Assembly (NCBI GenBank): GCA_965262915.1
Contig: OZ253564.1
Span: 2,240,001-2,304,000 of the forward strand
DNA from: Candidatus Spongiisociaceae bacterium
GTDB lineage: Bacteria > Actinomycetota > Acidimicrobiia > Spongiisociales > Spongiisociaceae
DNA: 64,000 nucleotides
Reading direction: 5' to 3'
Shown here piece by piece: positions 1 through 10,166 of the stretch. Under the pieces are notes generated by a model, which was given only the letters and a program-made list of their open reading frames with translations, made no database searches and had not been told where the DNA came from. The translations under genes were made by a program, and so were the position numbers. Every line of letters starts with the position of its first letter. The stretch's first letter is position 1.

Positions 1-61
1 TATAGGAGGGTGCTCAGGAATCCCCTGTTGGTGCAGCGGCCGACCCTCGGGTACTTTACTC

Positions 62-75
62 CGAACATCTGTTCG
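62..75. promoter_or_regulatory. LexA (SOS) box upstream of recA
   Basis: CGAACATCTGTTCG matches the actinobacterial/Gram-positive GAAC-N4-GTTC SOS consensus, ~200 bp upstream of the recA ATG. Confidence 0.85.
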
Positions 76-196
76 TGTAATGTGGAAACAACATTCATCA
101 ACAGATAACATGGATGTAATCGGATGTGTGTAGTTCGGTGTCCGGGGCAGGCGCCCCAAAGCCGGGATGTACCGAGCGAGGAGGAGTTCACGGTTC

Positions 197-218
197 TGTC
201 ACAGCCGGCCCTTACCTT
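197..218 (+). promoter_or_regulatory. RecA-NDp/PafBC-type DNA-damage promoter of recA
   Basis: TGTCAC-AGCCGGCCCT-TACCTT = TGTC(R)N-N10-TANNNT, the spacing of the mycobacterial PafBC-dependent promoter; the same motif recurs at 3539 and 16622. Confidence 0.7.
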
Positions 219-277
219 GTGGAGAAGGAAACGCCACAAGTACGAGCCCGTCGGCTCGACAAGACGAAGGAGCGACC

Positions 278-1420
278 ATGAAGGAACGACATCAGGCCCT
301 CGACACCACCATGTTGCAGATCGAGCGACAGTTCGGCAAGGGCTCCATCATGAAGCTGGGCGCGAGCTCCCACCAGAAGATCGAGCATATCTCGACCGGT
401 GCGCTGTCTCTGGACCTGGCGCTGGGTATCGGGGGAGTGCCCCGCGGGCGCGTCGTCGAGGTGTACGGGCCGGAGTCGAGCGGCAAGACGACCCTGGCCC
501 TGCACATCGTGGCCGAGGCCCAACGCAACGGGGGGATCGCCGCGTTCGTGGATGCCGAGCACGCCTTGGATCCCGTTTACGCGAAGGCCGTAGGGGTGGA
601 CATCGACGAGTTGCTGATCTCCCAACCCGATACCGGGGAACAGGCACTGGAGATCACCGACATGCTGATCCGATCAGGCGCGCTCGATGTGGTGGTGGTG
701 GACTCGGTGGCTGCGCTGGTGCCCAGGGCCGAGCTCGAAGGTGAGATGGGCGATCACCATGTCGGCCTTCAGGCCCGGCTGATGTCGCAGGCTCTTCGCA
801 AGCTGACTGCCAACATCAGCCGCTCGAAGACTACGGCGATCTTCATCAACCAGCTCCGCGAGAAGATCGGGGTGATGTTCGGCTCACCGGAGGTCACAAC
901 GGGCGGCCGGGCGTTGAAGTTCTACTCCAGCGTGCGCCTGGACATCCGGCGAATCGAGTCGATCAAGGTCGGCCGGGAACAGATCGGTAATCGAGTGAGG
1001 GTCAAGGTCGCCAAGAACAAGTTGGCGCCTCCCTTCCGCTTAGCCGAGTTCGACATCATGTTCGGTCAGGGCATCTCCTGGGAGGGCAGCCTGCTCGATG
1101 TGGCGGTCAGTGTCGGCATCGTCAAGAAGGCCGGCGCCTGGTATACATTCGACCGCGATCAACTCGGTCAGGGACGCGAGAAGGCCAAGCGGTTCCTGCG
1201 GGACAACCCCGGGTTGGCGATGCAACTCCAGGCCAGGGTGCTCAAGGCGGTGGGGATCACCGCCACCGAGGAGTCCGAGAAGGCGGTGCCCAAGTCCAAG
1301 GCGGTGCCCAAGTCCAAGGCGGTGCCCAAGTCCAAGGCGGTGCCCAAGTCCAAGGCGGTGCCCAAGTCCAAGGCGGTGCCCAAGCCCAAGTCGGGTTCCG
1401 GCAGGAAGCCCCACGCATAG
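278..1420 (+). CDS. recA: Recombinase RecA with a Lys-rich repeat tail
   Basis: [12 protein letters not shown], Walker [52 protein letters not shown]; RBS GAAGGAG before the ATG at 278. Confidence 0.99.
   Translation: MKERHQALDTTMLQIERQFGKGSIMKLGASSHQKIEHISTGALSLDLALGIGGVPRGRVVEVYGPESSGKTTLALHIVAEAQRNGGIAAFVDAEHALDPVYAKAVGVDIDELLISQPDTGEQALEITDMLIRSGALDVVVVDSVAALVPRAELEGEMGDHHVGLQARLMSQALRKLTANISRSKTTAIFINQLREKIGVMFGSPEVTTGGRALKFYSSVRLDIRRIESIKVGREQIGNRVRVKVAKNKLAPPFRLAEFDIMFGQGISWEGSLLDVAVSVGIVKKAGAWYTFDRDQLGQGREKAKRFLRDNPGLAMQLQARVLKAVGITATEESEKAVPKSKAVPKSKAVPKSKAVPKSKAVPKSKAVPKPKSGSGRKPHA
1280..1387 (+). repeat. 18-bp tandem repeat (AAGGCGGTGCCCAAGTCC x5, plus one variant) encoding (KAVPKS)5-KAVPKP
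   Basis: Read directly from the sequence at the recA 3' end. Confidence 0.97.
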
Positions 1421-1578
1421 AAGGAGGAGACGACCGGCCGCCCCGGACGGTCTGACGGTGTGATCCGGTTCTGCGATCCTCCATCTCACCGGTAACCTGG
1501 CGTTTTGCTCGACGGCCTCGTCGGGTGGAATCTGCGGCAAAATGGTTCGATGATCTGCCCTACAGGAGCTTTCGGGTA

Positions 1579-2619
1579 ATGCCTACCGAATACCAGAACA
1601 GACCGGGTCGGAAGCGGCCTCGACGAACGCCCGGTTCCTCGGCCCGGCCCGGCGGCGGACCGCCAGGAGGGGGTCGTCGCGGCTCGAGCCGAGGTCCGGG
1701 ACGTAGACCGGCTAGAGATCAGCGGCGCCGCAAACCCGGTGGCAAGCCGGATCGGAACCCGGATCGAAATCGGGCTCGGAAGGCGGCCGGCCGGCCGGGT
1801 GGTAAGCCCGGCCGGGAGGGTGACAGGAGGTCGGGCGGGAAGTCCAGGAACAAATCAGGCCGTGGGTCGGGTGGCCGGTCCCCTCGGAGTGCGGCCGGTG
1901 GCAGGCCGGGCCGCAGGCCGCCGAGGCAACCGGACCGGAAAGCCCCCCACACGGGTGTGGGACCGGACAACCTGCCCGCTTGGTTGCGGGAAGACGTCCT
2001 CCGGGTTACCCGTAAGGATCGGCAGGCAGCAGCCCTGCGGCTTCTCTCCCAGGCCGTGGATGCCTACGGTGACGGTGAGTTCGGAACCGCCTACTACAAG
2101 CTGACCAAAGTCAAGGAACTCAGTCCCCGGGCCCCGGCCGTTCGGGAGTTGCTCGGGCTCAGCGCATACCGGATCCGGAAATGGAACGAGGCGCTGTCCG
2201 AGTTGCGGGCCTACCGTCGTCTGACCGGTAAGACCTTCAACATGCCCGTGGAGCTGGACGCGCTGCGAGCCTTGAAGCGAGGCGCCGGCGTCGAGAACAC
2301 CTGGGAGCGGTTCCTCGAGTTGGGCGGTAATGACCCGACCGATGCCGAGGCACGGGTCGTCTTCGGTTCCTACCTCTTGGACCAGGGTCGGGCGGCCGAT
2401 GCATGGAAAGTGACCGGACCGACCCGGCTTCCCCGGGACTCCAAGCCCTACGAGTTGAGGCGTTGGTTCGTGGCCGCCCGGGCCGCACTGGCCCTCGGTG
2501 AGGCGGATGCGGCAGGCAAACTCGTTGCAGCCGTCCGGCGGGGTGATCCTGACATGCCCGGCCTCGAGGACCTCACCGCCCGCATCGACGAGGAGAGAGG
2601 CCGTTCTCCGTCACGTTGA
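1579..2619 (+). CDS. Tetratricopeptide-repeat-like protein with a long Arg/Gly/Pro-rich disordered N-terminus
   Basis: Helical C-half (VRELLGLSAYRIRKWNEALSELRAYRRLTG) typical of a conserved actinobacterial TPR protein; start uncertain. Confidence 0.7.
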   Translation: MPTEYQNRPGRKRPRRTPGSSARPGGGPPGGGRRGSSRGPGRRPARDQRRRKPGGKPDRNPDRNRARKAAGRPGGKPGREGDRRSGGKSRNKSGRGSGGRSPRSAAGGRPGRRPPRQPDRKAPHTGVGPDNLPAWLREDVLRVTRKDRQAAALRLLSQAVDAYGDGEFGTAYYKLTKVKELSPRAPAVRELLGLSAYRIRKWNEALSELRAYRRLTGKTFNMPVELDALRALKRGAGVENTWERFLELGGNDPTDAEARVVFGSYLLDQGRAADAWKVTGPTRLPRDSKPYELRRWFVAARAALALGEADAAGKLVAAVRRGDPDMPGLEDLTARIDEERGRSPSR

Positions 2620-3039
2620 TCAGGCCCGGACCCTCTCCCCACAATCCACCAACCGCACGCAGGAGAGAGCCTCACGTCAGGGCACATGATCCGTCTGGCT
2701 GTGCCTCGGGGAGAGGCGGTGACCTTCTCCTCGACGGGGGAGTGGACGAGGGAGGGAGAAGCGTAGGAAGCGGGGGGATCGGTCGGTCATTCCTATCGAC
2801 GCGGATCGGTGGATCCGGCCTTACCTGGCTCCGGCGTGCTCGTGTCCCTGTTCGCAGGCCGGCGAGAAAGCTGTCTGCCCCGAAGTTCCGGTATCCACCT
2901 CTCGACATGTGGAACCAAACCCGGGCTGACCGAAGAGCGATGGGATCTCCTTGGCGCTCTCGCTCGTTGTCGGGCATCTCAGGGAACGGTTCGAAGTAGG
3001 TCCGGGAGTCGGAGCGCCGCCCGTCGTGTGCGGTGTCTT

Positions 3040-3315
3040 CTACTCCGTCACCCTGTTGAGAATCGCCAACGCTTGCTCACCTGCGTCGGCATAGATGACC
3101 AATTCCGCCATAGCCCTACGCTCGCTTTCCACATCCGGACTATCACTCAGTATGGACAAGACGCGATGGGCATTGGCGTAGCCGACCTTTACGGCTATCT
3201 CACTGGCCGCCTTCGCCCGATTTCCTATCCGCATCACCTCCGAGAGCGCTATGCGCGCCTCGATCAACGTTTCCCGCACTTCGGCAGCTTCCAATACGAG
3301 ATTGCGTTCCGCCAT
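3040..3315 (-). CDS. Hypothetical small helical protein
   Basis: Protein-like composition (MAERNLVLEAAEVRETLIEARIAL...); no motif recognised. Confidence 0.45.
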   Translation of the reverse strand: MAERNLVLEAAEVRETLIEARIALSEVMRIGNRAKAASEIAVKVGYANAHRVLSILSDSPDVESERRAMAELVIYADAGEQALAILNRVTE

Positions 3316-3538
3316 GACTCGATCTGCCTTTCCCCTCAACCGCCTTACCCCCCATGATACGGGGATCCGATCGGCCGAATTAACGGTCCTGGGCGAACTG
3401 TTCGACTTGATGTCGATAACGGTCCGTCGAGCATCGTCCTGGTGTGCCGAGCGGATAGCTCAGAGCGGTGTCGACGAGTACAAGTTTCCCTCCGAAGGCT
3501 ATGACAGAGAGGGAATGTTAGTGCTAACCAGCCTTACC

Positions 3539-3560
3539 TGTCACAGACCCCCTTTATATT
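3539..3560 (+). promoter_or_regulatory. PafBC-type promoter upstream of the SSB paralog
   Basis: TGTCAC-AGACCCCCTT-TATATT, same architecture as the recA motif at 197-218. Confidence 0.7.
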
Positions 3561-3601
3561 GATACACATCCGCGCTTCCCCATCAAGTGAAGGAGCTGGA
3601 C

Positions 3602-3955
3602 ATGTCCAAGAACCACACAACCGTAACCTGCGAAGAGGCCCCGGCGGCGGACCGCAACGAGGTGATCCTGCGAGGGAAGCTCGCCACGGCGCCCGAGCAC
3701 CGCAGCTTCGGGTCGGGTGCATCGCTGGCCCGTCTCCTGGTGACCATCCGCCTGACCGCTCCCAACCGGACCGATGTCCTGCCGGTCACCGTCTGGGAGC
3801 CGGACCGCGAGCTGATCAACGCCATACGGGGGGTGCCCGTCGAGGTGATCGGGCAGATCCACCGGCGTTTCTGGACCGACGCCGAGGGTCGCCACAGCCG
3901 GGTGGAGGTGGTCGCCACCTCGGTCGAGTTGGGTGAGGCGCACACCGGGGATTGA
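3602..3955 (+). CDS. Single-stranded DNA-binding protein paralog (short SsbB-like, OB fold)
   Basis: NEVILRGKLATAPEHRSFGSG...LPVTVW...VEVIGQIHRRFW...SRVEVVA; RBS GAAGGAG; no acidic C-terminal tail. Confidence 0.85.
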   Translation: MSKNHTTVTCEEAPAADRNEVILRGKLATAPEHRSFGSGASLARLLVTIRLTAPNRTDVLPVTVWEPDRELINAIRGVPVEVIGQIHRRFWTDAEGRHSRVEVVATSVELGEAHTGD

Positions 3956-4061
3956 GATGACCGGGCGCGGCTGGGAATCGTGTCCGGCCCGATGGGAAAG
4001 AGGCAGATGCCAACGTTCGGTCGGCGGCCGGGCACGATTCACGCTGCGGGATAATGGGGCG

Positions 4062-4820
4062 GTGTGGCCCCGTGTCAGCCTTCGCTGGATCCTGTTCTCG
4101 GTCCTGGTGGTGTTCGTCACCGTCGCATGCGTGGTGCTGGGGTTCTGGCAGTTCGGGAGGCTGGAGGAGCGCCGGGCCTCCAACGCGGTGGTAGGCAGCA
4201 GGCTGGGTCGGGATCCGCTGGCGCTGGCCCACATCCGGGAGGCACTGCAACCCCAGCAAGGTGTGGTAGCCGATCCTTCCGATTACGAGTTCACGCGCGT
4301 CGCCGCCCGTGGCATGCTGGTCGACGAGGGGAGGGTACTGGTCCGTTCGCAGGTGGTCGACGGTCAGGCGGGCACCCATGCGGTGTTCCCGCTCGACCTC
4401 GGAGACGGCGCCGCGGTGCTGGTGAACGTGGGGTGGTTCCCTCTCGGGATCGACCCGGGTCCGGTGGCGAGCCTCTTCGGGTTATCGGGCCGGGTCGAGT
4501 TGGTCGGGCTGCTGCGCGCCGATCAGCAGCGTCCCGCCTTCGGCCGAAGGGAACCGGAAGGGCGCCTCGAGACCGTGGCCCGGATCGACGTGGGACGTAT
4601 CCAGGAACAGGTCGATCTCCCTCTCCTGCCGTTCTGGATCCAACTCACCGAACCGGATGACCCGGACCGATTGCCCGTGTCGGCGCCCCTACCGTCGGTG
4701 GACGAAGGACCCCACTTATCCTACGCCGTGCAGTGGTTCTCCTTCGGATCGATCGCCATGCTGGGTTACGTGGCCCTGATGCGGAAGGAACTCAGGCCCG
4801 GCCGCCGGAGGGACCGGTAG
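4062..4820 (+). CDS. SURF1 family protein
   Basis: LGFWQFGRLEER, VLVNVGWFP, C-terminal GPHLSYAVQWFSF; GATAAT -10 six nt before the GTG (probably leaderless). Confidence 0.92.
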   Translation: MWPRVSLRWILFSVLVVFVTVACVVLGFWQFGRLEERRASNAVVGSRLGRDPLALAHIREALQPQQGVVADPSDYEFTRVAARGMLVDEGRVLVRSQVVDGQAGTHAVFPLDLGDGAAVLVNVGWFPLGIDPGPVASLFGLSGRVELVGLLRADQQRPAFGRREPEGRLETVARIDVGRIQEQVDLPLLPFWIQLTEPDDPDRLPVSAPLPSVDEGPHLSYAVQWFSFGSIAMLGYVALMRKELRPGRRRDR

Positions 4821-5310
4821 GAAGGTCGATCGCCAAGCCTTCGATCACCTGCACCGAGGCCATCCGTCCGAAGACCTCGGGATCGACGTAAATCTTGGTC
4901 GAACGGTTGCCGCCCCCCACCAGAATCTCGTCGAGGGCAACCACGCGCGCATCCACGTAGACGGGGAGGTCGTCGGGCAGCCCGAACGGTGTGACCCCGC
5001 CCGTCTCCATCCCGGTCAGTTCGGAAGTCAGGTCGGGCGAAGCGAAGGACAGCTTCTTGACGCCCAACAAGCCCCGCACCCGACGGTTGACATCCAGCCG
5101 GGTGGTGGCCAGCACCACGCACACCGCGTTGCGTCCGCGCGGGCGCTTCGAGGCTACGAGGATCGCGTTGGCGGACTGTTCCACCGGGTAGCCGTAATGG
5201 GCGCAATAGGCCGCGGTATGGGTGAACGCAGGATCGATGTCGACCACCCTGAACGTGGCGTCCAGGGCGGAGAGGGTGTCGTGCACCCTGCGGGCGGTGT
5301 CGGTGTCCAT
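4792..5310 (-). CDS. YbaK/EbsC family aminoacyl-tRNA deacylase-like protein
   Basis: LSFASPDLTSELTGMETGGVTPFGLP, ILVGGGNRSTKI. Confidence 0.9.
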   Translation of the reverse strand: MDTDTARRVHDTLSALDATFRVVDIDPAFTHTAAYCAHYGYPVEQSANAILVASKRPRGRNAVCVVLATTRLDVNRRVRGLLGVKKLSFASPDLTSELTGMETGGVTPFGLPDDLPVYVDARVVALDEILVGGGNRSTKIYVDPEVFGRMASVQVIEGLAIDLPTGPSGGRA

Positions 5311-5408
5311 GGCGTAACCCCAATGGTGGCACAACGCGTCGGGTCGGCCCAGACGGCATGGGGGTCCGCAGGTATGAACTACAGGTACGGGCGTGCGATA
5401 CTCGTGGC

Positions 5409-5612
5409 ATGCCCATCGATCCCATCCTGTTAGACATACTCGTGTGTCCGCTCAGCAAGGCGCCGTTGAGAGAGATCGACGGGGCTCTGGTCTCCACCGA
5501 CCCCGGAACCAGGATGCGCTACCGGATCGACGGCACTATCCCGGTCATGTTGGTGGAGGAGGCGGAGCAGATGACCGAGGAGGAGTGGAAGGCGGTGATG
5601 AGCGGTGGCTGA
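5409..5612 (+). CDS. Trm112/UPF0434 family protein
   Basis: IDPILLDILVCPLSKAPL...YRIDGTIPVMLVEEA. Confidence 0.92.
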   Translation: MPIDPILLDILVCPLSKAPLREIDGALVSTDPGTRMRYRIDGTIPVMLVEEAEQMTEEEWKAVMSGG

Positions 5613-5961
5613 TCGGGGAAACGACACCATCTTCGGGATGATCCTGAGGGGCGAGATCCCGGCCGACATCGTGTACGAGGACGACCTGGCCATCGCATTC
5701 CGGGACATCGCCCCGCAGGCCGATGTCCATGTGCTGGTCATCCCTCGGGAGGCTATCCCGAGTCTGGCACACGCCACAGCCGACCACGCAGCCCTGCTGG
5801 GGCACCTTCTCGGTGTCTGCGCGGCGGTAGCCTCCCAGGAGGGCATCGCCGAGTCCGGATACCGGGTGGTGACCAACATCGGCCGCCACGGTGGCCAGTC
5901 GGTCGATCACCTCCATTTCCATGTGCTCGGAGGGCGTGCGATGGGTTGGCCTCCCGGGTGA
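5605..5961 (+). CDS. Histidine triad (HIT) nucleotide-binding protein
   Basis: TIFGMILRGEIPADIVYEDD, AFRDIAPQA, GQSVDHLHFHVLGGR (HxHxH). Confidence 0.96.
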   Translation: MADRGNDTIFGMILRGEIPADIVYEDDLAIAFRDIAPQADVHVLVIPREAIPSLAHATADHAALLGHLLGVCAAVASQEGIAESGYRVVTNIGRHGGQSVDHLHFHVLGGRAMGWPPG

Positions 5962-8075
5962 TCCGAACCCGCCTCTTCGGTCCGGATCCCGACGGCGCTC
6001 GCATCCCTTTCAGGTACATGGTGGCGGCGGCCGGCGCTCTTCTCCTGATGGTGGTCGCCTGCGGAAGCGACACCGAGGAGCAGGCGCCTCCCACCACCGC
6101 ATCGCTCTCCACGTCCGGTCCGCCCACCACCCTCTCGACGGTCGACACGACCCTTCCCTCCCCGGTGGAGGACGAGACCGGCGACCCGGCGCCCGTGACG
6201 TCTTCCGAGGACACCGCACCTCCGAGCGCCGTCGTGGAACGGTACGAACCCGAGTTCACACCCGGGAGCTGCCCCTTCCAGCCGCCATCCGGCACCGATC
6301 CCGTGTGCGGGTATCTTTCCGTCCCCGAGAACCGGGAGAATCCAGCCGGGCGGCAGGTCCGGCTGGCCGTGGCGATCTTTCCGGCTCGGTCGACCGAGGC
6401 GTACCCGCCGATCGTCTACCTGGAGGGGGGACCGGGTGGCGAAGCACTCGAAGCGATCCCCTTCACCTACGAGGACCGGTTCTCGTTCCTCGACGCCGAG
6501 CGGACACTCGTCATGTTCGACCAGAGGGGAGTGGGATACTCTGACCCGGCTCTGTCCTGCCACGAGTTGGTGGACCTCGCCTACGAGCTGCTGGACGAGG
6601 ATCTCTCGGCCGAAGAAGTGGTCGCCCGGGAGGTGGCGGTACTCGACCGGTGCCGGGAACGCTGGGTGGATGACGGGACCGATCTCGCCCATTACAACAG
6701 CTCCGCATCGGCGGCCGACGTGGCCGACCTGCGGGTGGCTCTCGGGTACGACGAGTGGGACCTCTACGGGGTCTCCTACGGAACCCGCCTCGCCTTGACC
6801 GTCATGCGGGACCATCCTGAGGGGGTTCGCAGCGTCATCCTCGACTCCACCTATCCGCCTGAGATCGACGGGGTGGCCCTGATCGTCCCCAACGCCGCCC
6901 GCGCTTTCGACGAGCTCTTCGGGGCCTGCGCCTCCGATCCGATGTGCAACTCTACGTACGGCGACCTCGAGTCCCTCCTGTTCAGCCTGGTGGAGCAGCT
7001 GAACGCCTCACCTGCGGAGCTGTGGGTACTCGATTTCCTGAACTTTGGGGGTTATCCGGCCCTGCTGGATGGGGACTCCATGCTGGGCTTGGTGTTCCAG
7101 AGCCTGTATTCGGAGGTCCTCCTCCCGGGGATCCCCAAGTTGATAGCCGATGCCCGGGAGGGCCACTTCTTCAACGCCCAGACGCTGATGTCGTACTTCC
7201 TCACCAACGAGGCCTTCTTCTCGGCCGGGCAGTTCCTGTCGGTCATGTGCCACGAAGAGGTCCCCTTCTCGGATCCCGCCTCGGTGAGGAGTGGTCGGGA
7301 CGAGAACCCTCGTCTGGCACCCCTTGTGGACGGAGCCCTGGTCCAGTCGGAGTACGCCTTCGACTTCTGTTCGGGATGGGGCGCCGGGGTCGCCGATTCC
7401 ATCGAAGCCGAGCCTGTCTCGAGCGACATTCCCACTCTGGTGATGGCCGGCCGCTTCGATCCCATAACCCCGCCGGACTACGGGCGGAGGGTTGCCGATC
7501 GTCTGGACAACCGGTGGTTCGTGGAGTTCCCCACTCTCGGACACGGCGTAGCGGCCGTAGAAGGTTGTCCCCGTTCCGTCACCCTGGCCTTCCTCGCAGA
7601 TCCGCACGCCGCGCCCGACCGATCGTGCGTGGCCGGGATGCCGGCGATCGACTTCGACGTATTCGCTCCCTCCGATGAGGTCGCACTCGTCGAGGACCGG
7701 ATTCTCCAGTACACCGTGCTCGTGCCCGAGGGATGGTCCGGGCAGAACGGTTATTACCAGAGGGGATTGGGCAGCGACGCCACCGCCCTGTTGATAGTTC
7801 CGGGAGCTGCCGGTCTGGGTGATCTGGTCCTCACCGGAGTGGCCCGGGCGTGGACCGGGGTCGGGATCGAGGAGTCGGAGGAAGTCGAGTTCGGGGATCG
7901 GGTCTGGCGCAGGTTCTCGGCGGCTGCGGGCAGCGTGTCGCTGGAGGCCGCCCTCTACGAAGGACGGTCGTCGTCGATCGTCGTCGCCCTGGTCTCGGAT
8001 CCCCGGGAGACCCCCCATCTGGTCGACCAGGTGCTGCTCCCAGCCCTGGAGAGCTTCGGACCGGTCGCTGGCTGA
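5958..8075 (+). CDS. Lipoprotein alpha/beta hydrolase (TAP-like peptidase)
   Basis: Lipobox VVAC, Thr/Pro linker, CGYLSVPENR, LEGGPGG, FDQRGVGYS, nucleophile GVSYG, DPITP, GHG. Confidence 0.9.
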   Translation: MIRTRLFGPDPDGARIPFRYMVAAAGALLLMVVACGSDTEEQAPPTTASLSTSGPPTTLSTVDTTLPSPVEDETGDPAPVTSSEDTAPPSAVVERYEPEFTPGSCPFQPPSGTDPVCGYLSVPENRENPAGRQVRLAVAIFPARSTEAYPPIVYLEGGPGGEALEAIPFTYEDRFSFLDAERTLVMFDQRGVGYSDPALSCHELVDLAYELLDEDLSAEEVVAREVAVLDRCRERWVDDGTDLAHYNSSASAADVADLRVALGYDEWDLYGVSYGTRLALTVMRDHPEGVRSVILDSTYPPEIDGVALIVPNAARAFDELFGACASDPMCNSTYGDLESLLFSLVEQLNASPAELWVLDFLNFGGYPALLDGDSMLGLVFQSLYSEVLLPGIPKLIADAREGHFFNAQTLMSYFLTNEAFFSAGQFLSVMCHEEVPFSDPASVRSGRDENPRLAPLVDGALVQSEYAFDFCSGWGAGVADSIEAEPVSSDIPTLVMAGRFDPITPPDYGRRVADRLDNRWFVEFPTLGHGVAAVEGCPRSVTLAFLADPHAAPDRSCVAGMPAIDFDVFAPSDEVALVEDRILQYTVLVPEGWSGQNGYYQRGLGSDATALLIVPGAAGLGDLVLTGVARAWTGVGIEESEEVEFGDRVWRRFSAAAGSVSLEAALYEGRSSSIVVALVSDPRETPHLVDQVLLPALESFGPVAG

Positions 8076-8211
8076 TCAGTTTGCATTCGGTGTGCGTCGC
8101 GTCGGGGTCGCCGCATTGACCGCCGGTGCCATGCCGGGCCGGGCCGAACACGGACCGGGGTTATGCCACGGTTCCGGAGACGAGCCCCCGGACGGAGAAC
8201 CCCGTCCAACC

Positions 8212-9357
8212 ATGTCCACACCCCAACGCTGGAGGCGGAGTTCCCGTCGCGCCGGATACCGGAGATCGGTACTGCTGGCCGTTCTCCTGCTGGCCGCCGC
8301 CGCCTGCGATCTGGGACAGACCGAGCCGGAAGGACCTCCGGACCCGGTGTGCGCGGCGGGCCAGATCGACGGGGAGGTGATCCTGCTGGGTCGACCGGAC
8401 CAGATGTCCCCCGTAGCGATCGATCAGTTCGAGCGGCGATACGGGGTCGATGTGGTGGAACTCTTCTACGAGAGCGAGGACGATCTACTGTCCCGGGTCA
8501 CAGCGGGAGCGGACGCTTTCGATGTCGTCCTGCTCACCGACTACCAGGCCGAGGTCCTCTGGCGCGGGCGGCAACTGTTCCCGCTCGATCCCATCGCGCT
8601 ACCCGGGCGGGTCAACCTCGATCCGAAGTTCGTCCACCCGCCGGATAGTCCGGATGATCCGGACGTGTTCTACTCCATTCCCCTGGTCTGGGGCACGGTG
8701 GGTATCGGATTGAACGTCAACGTGGTGGGAGAGGACGCGGAGCAGAGTTGGGGGTTGGTCTTCGACACCTACCGGGCATGGATCTACGCGGGCCGGGTTT
8801 CCCTGCTCGGAGAGGGCCGCCAGGTACTGGCGGCGGCGATGCTCTACCTCGGATACTCCCCCAACGTGGCCGACCGGATTCCGGTCAGGGAGGCTGTGGA
8901 GCTGGTGGCGAATGCAAGGGCGCATCTGCGCGGCTTCGAGTCCGAGAGGTACGCCCTCGACCTGGTTGAGGGGGTGTTGGACGTAGCCCACGGCAGGTCG
9001 GATGCTTTCGTCGAGGCCCTGCCTCGCCACTCCGGCGACTTCCGATACGTGATTCCCCAGGAAGGGGCCATCATCTGGGTGGACTCCATGGCGGTTCCCA
9101 TCACCTCCCTGCATCCGTGCAGCGCCCATTCGTTCATCGATTTCGTTCTGGAACCGGGGATCGCGGCCGAGGTGGCGAACTATGCCGGGGTGGCGACCCC
9201 GAATACGGCGGCCGGCGAGTACATCCTCCCGGAGTTGGCGGCCAATCCGGGTATATACCCTCCGGCGGAAGTACGTGACCGTCTGGAGATCCTGATCTAC
9301 ACGGAGGAACTCGACAGGCTGTACGCGGAGGAGTTCATCCACCTCGATCCGTCCTGA
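8212..9357 (+). CDS. Spermidine/putrescine ABC transporter substrate-binding lipoprotein (PotD/PotF-like)
   Basis: Lipobox AAAC, YSIPLVWGTVGIG, YVIPQEGAIIWVDSMAVP, AHSFIDFVLEP, NPGIYPP. Confidence 0.88.
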   Translation: MSTPQRWRRSSRRAGYRRSVLLAVLLLAAAACDLGQTEPEGPPDPVCAAGQIDGEVILLGRPDQMSPVAIDQFERRYGVDVVELFYESEDDLLSRVTAGADAFDVVLLTDYQAEVLWRGRQLFPLDPIALPGRVNLDPKFVHPPDSPDDPDVFYSIPLVWGTVGIGLNVNVVGEDAEQSWGLVFDTYRAWIYAGRVSLLGEGRQVLAAAMLYLGYSPNVADRIPVREAVELVANARAHLRGFESERYALDLVEGVLDVAHGRSDAFVEALPRHSGDFRYVIPQEGAIIWVDSMAVPITSLHPCSAHSFIDFVLEPGIAAEVANYAGVATPNTAAGEYILPELAANPGIYPPAEVRDRLEILIYTEELDRLYAEEFIHLDPS

Positions 9358-9403
9358 CCCCCGCGGCCATCGGGACTCGGCCGCCGACGGGTATGCTGAC
9401 CGG

Positions 9404-10159
9404 GTGGTCGCCACGGTTCCCAAGCTTCGAGCCGCCCTCAAGAATCGCGCTCCCAACCTGGCGGTCGAGCGCAGGCTGTGGGAGGCGGGGAACGGTGTTG
9501 TGGTGGGGGTCGACGAGGTGGGTAGGGGAGCGTGGGCGGGACCGCTGACCGTAGGCGCAGCGGTGGTCCCGAAGGACCGGCGCATCTACAAGCTGCGCGA
9601 TTCGAAGATGCTGACGGAGGCCGAGCGGGAGGCAATCTTCGAGCGGGTGGCGGGCTGGTGTACGCACTGGGCGGTCGGGCATGCCGGCCACGACGAGTGC
9701 GACCGGCTCGGGATGTCGGAGGCGCAGCGCCTAGCGGCCCGGCGGGCGCTGGACGGCCTGGGCGTCGCACCCGACCGGGTCCTCGTCGACGGCAGGTGGG
9801 ACTTCGTCGGTGGTGGCCGCACGATCCGCCTGGTAGGAGGCGACGCCACGTCGGTCTCCATTTCGGCTGCCTCGATACTGGCCAAAGTGGTTCGCGACCG
9901 GATCATGCGGTCGCTCTCCGCCGACTACCCGAACTACGGGTTCGAGTCCAACAAGGGTTATCCCTGCCCCCGGCACAAAGCGGCCCTGCACGCCTGGGGT
10001 CCATCGTGCATCCATCGCCGCAGCTGGGTGTTCATGGACTACCTACCCTGGACCGGGATCCCCCGCTACATCCGGCCGGAGCCCCAGGGCGTCCTATTCG
10101 ACGAGCCGGAGGGAGGTGGCCGGCCCGTGGATCGTGTAGCCGACTCGGGAGGCAGGTAA
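9404..10159 (+). CDS. rnhB: Ribonuclease HII
   Basis: GVDEVGRGAWAGP, LRDSKMLT, VLVDG, GDATSVSISAASILAKVVRD, YGFESNKGYP, IHRRSW. Confidence 0.97.
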   Translation: MVATVPKLRAALKNRAPNLAVERRLWEAGNGVVVGVDEVGRGAWAGPLTVGAAVVPKDRRIYKLRDSKMLTEAEREAIFERVAGWCTHWAVGHAGHDECDRLGMSEAQRLAARRALDGLGVAPDRVLVDGRWDFVGGGRTIRLVGGDATSVSISAASILAKVVRDRIMRSLSADYPNYGFESNKGYPCPRHKAALHAWGPSCIHRRSWVFMDYLPWTGIPRYIRPEPQGVLFDEPEGGGRPVDRVADSGGR

Positions 10160-10166
10160 CGGGGGG

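Noticed and set aside
167-277. N-terminal extension of the recA ORF in the track
   Set aside because: Homology and the RBS begin at the ATG at 278; the extension overlaps the promoter. No intein is present either.
3394-3404. CGAACTGTTCG as an SOS box
   Set aside because: The spacer is 1 nt instead of the required 4
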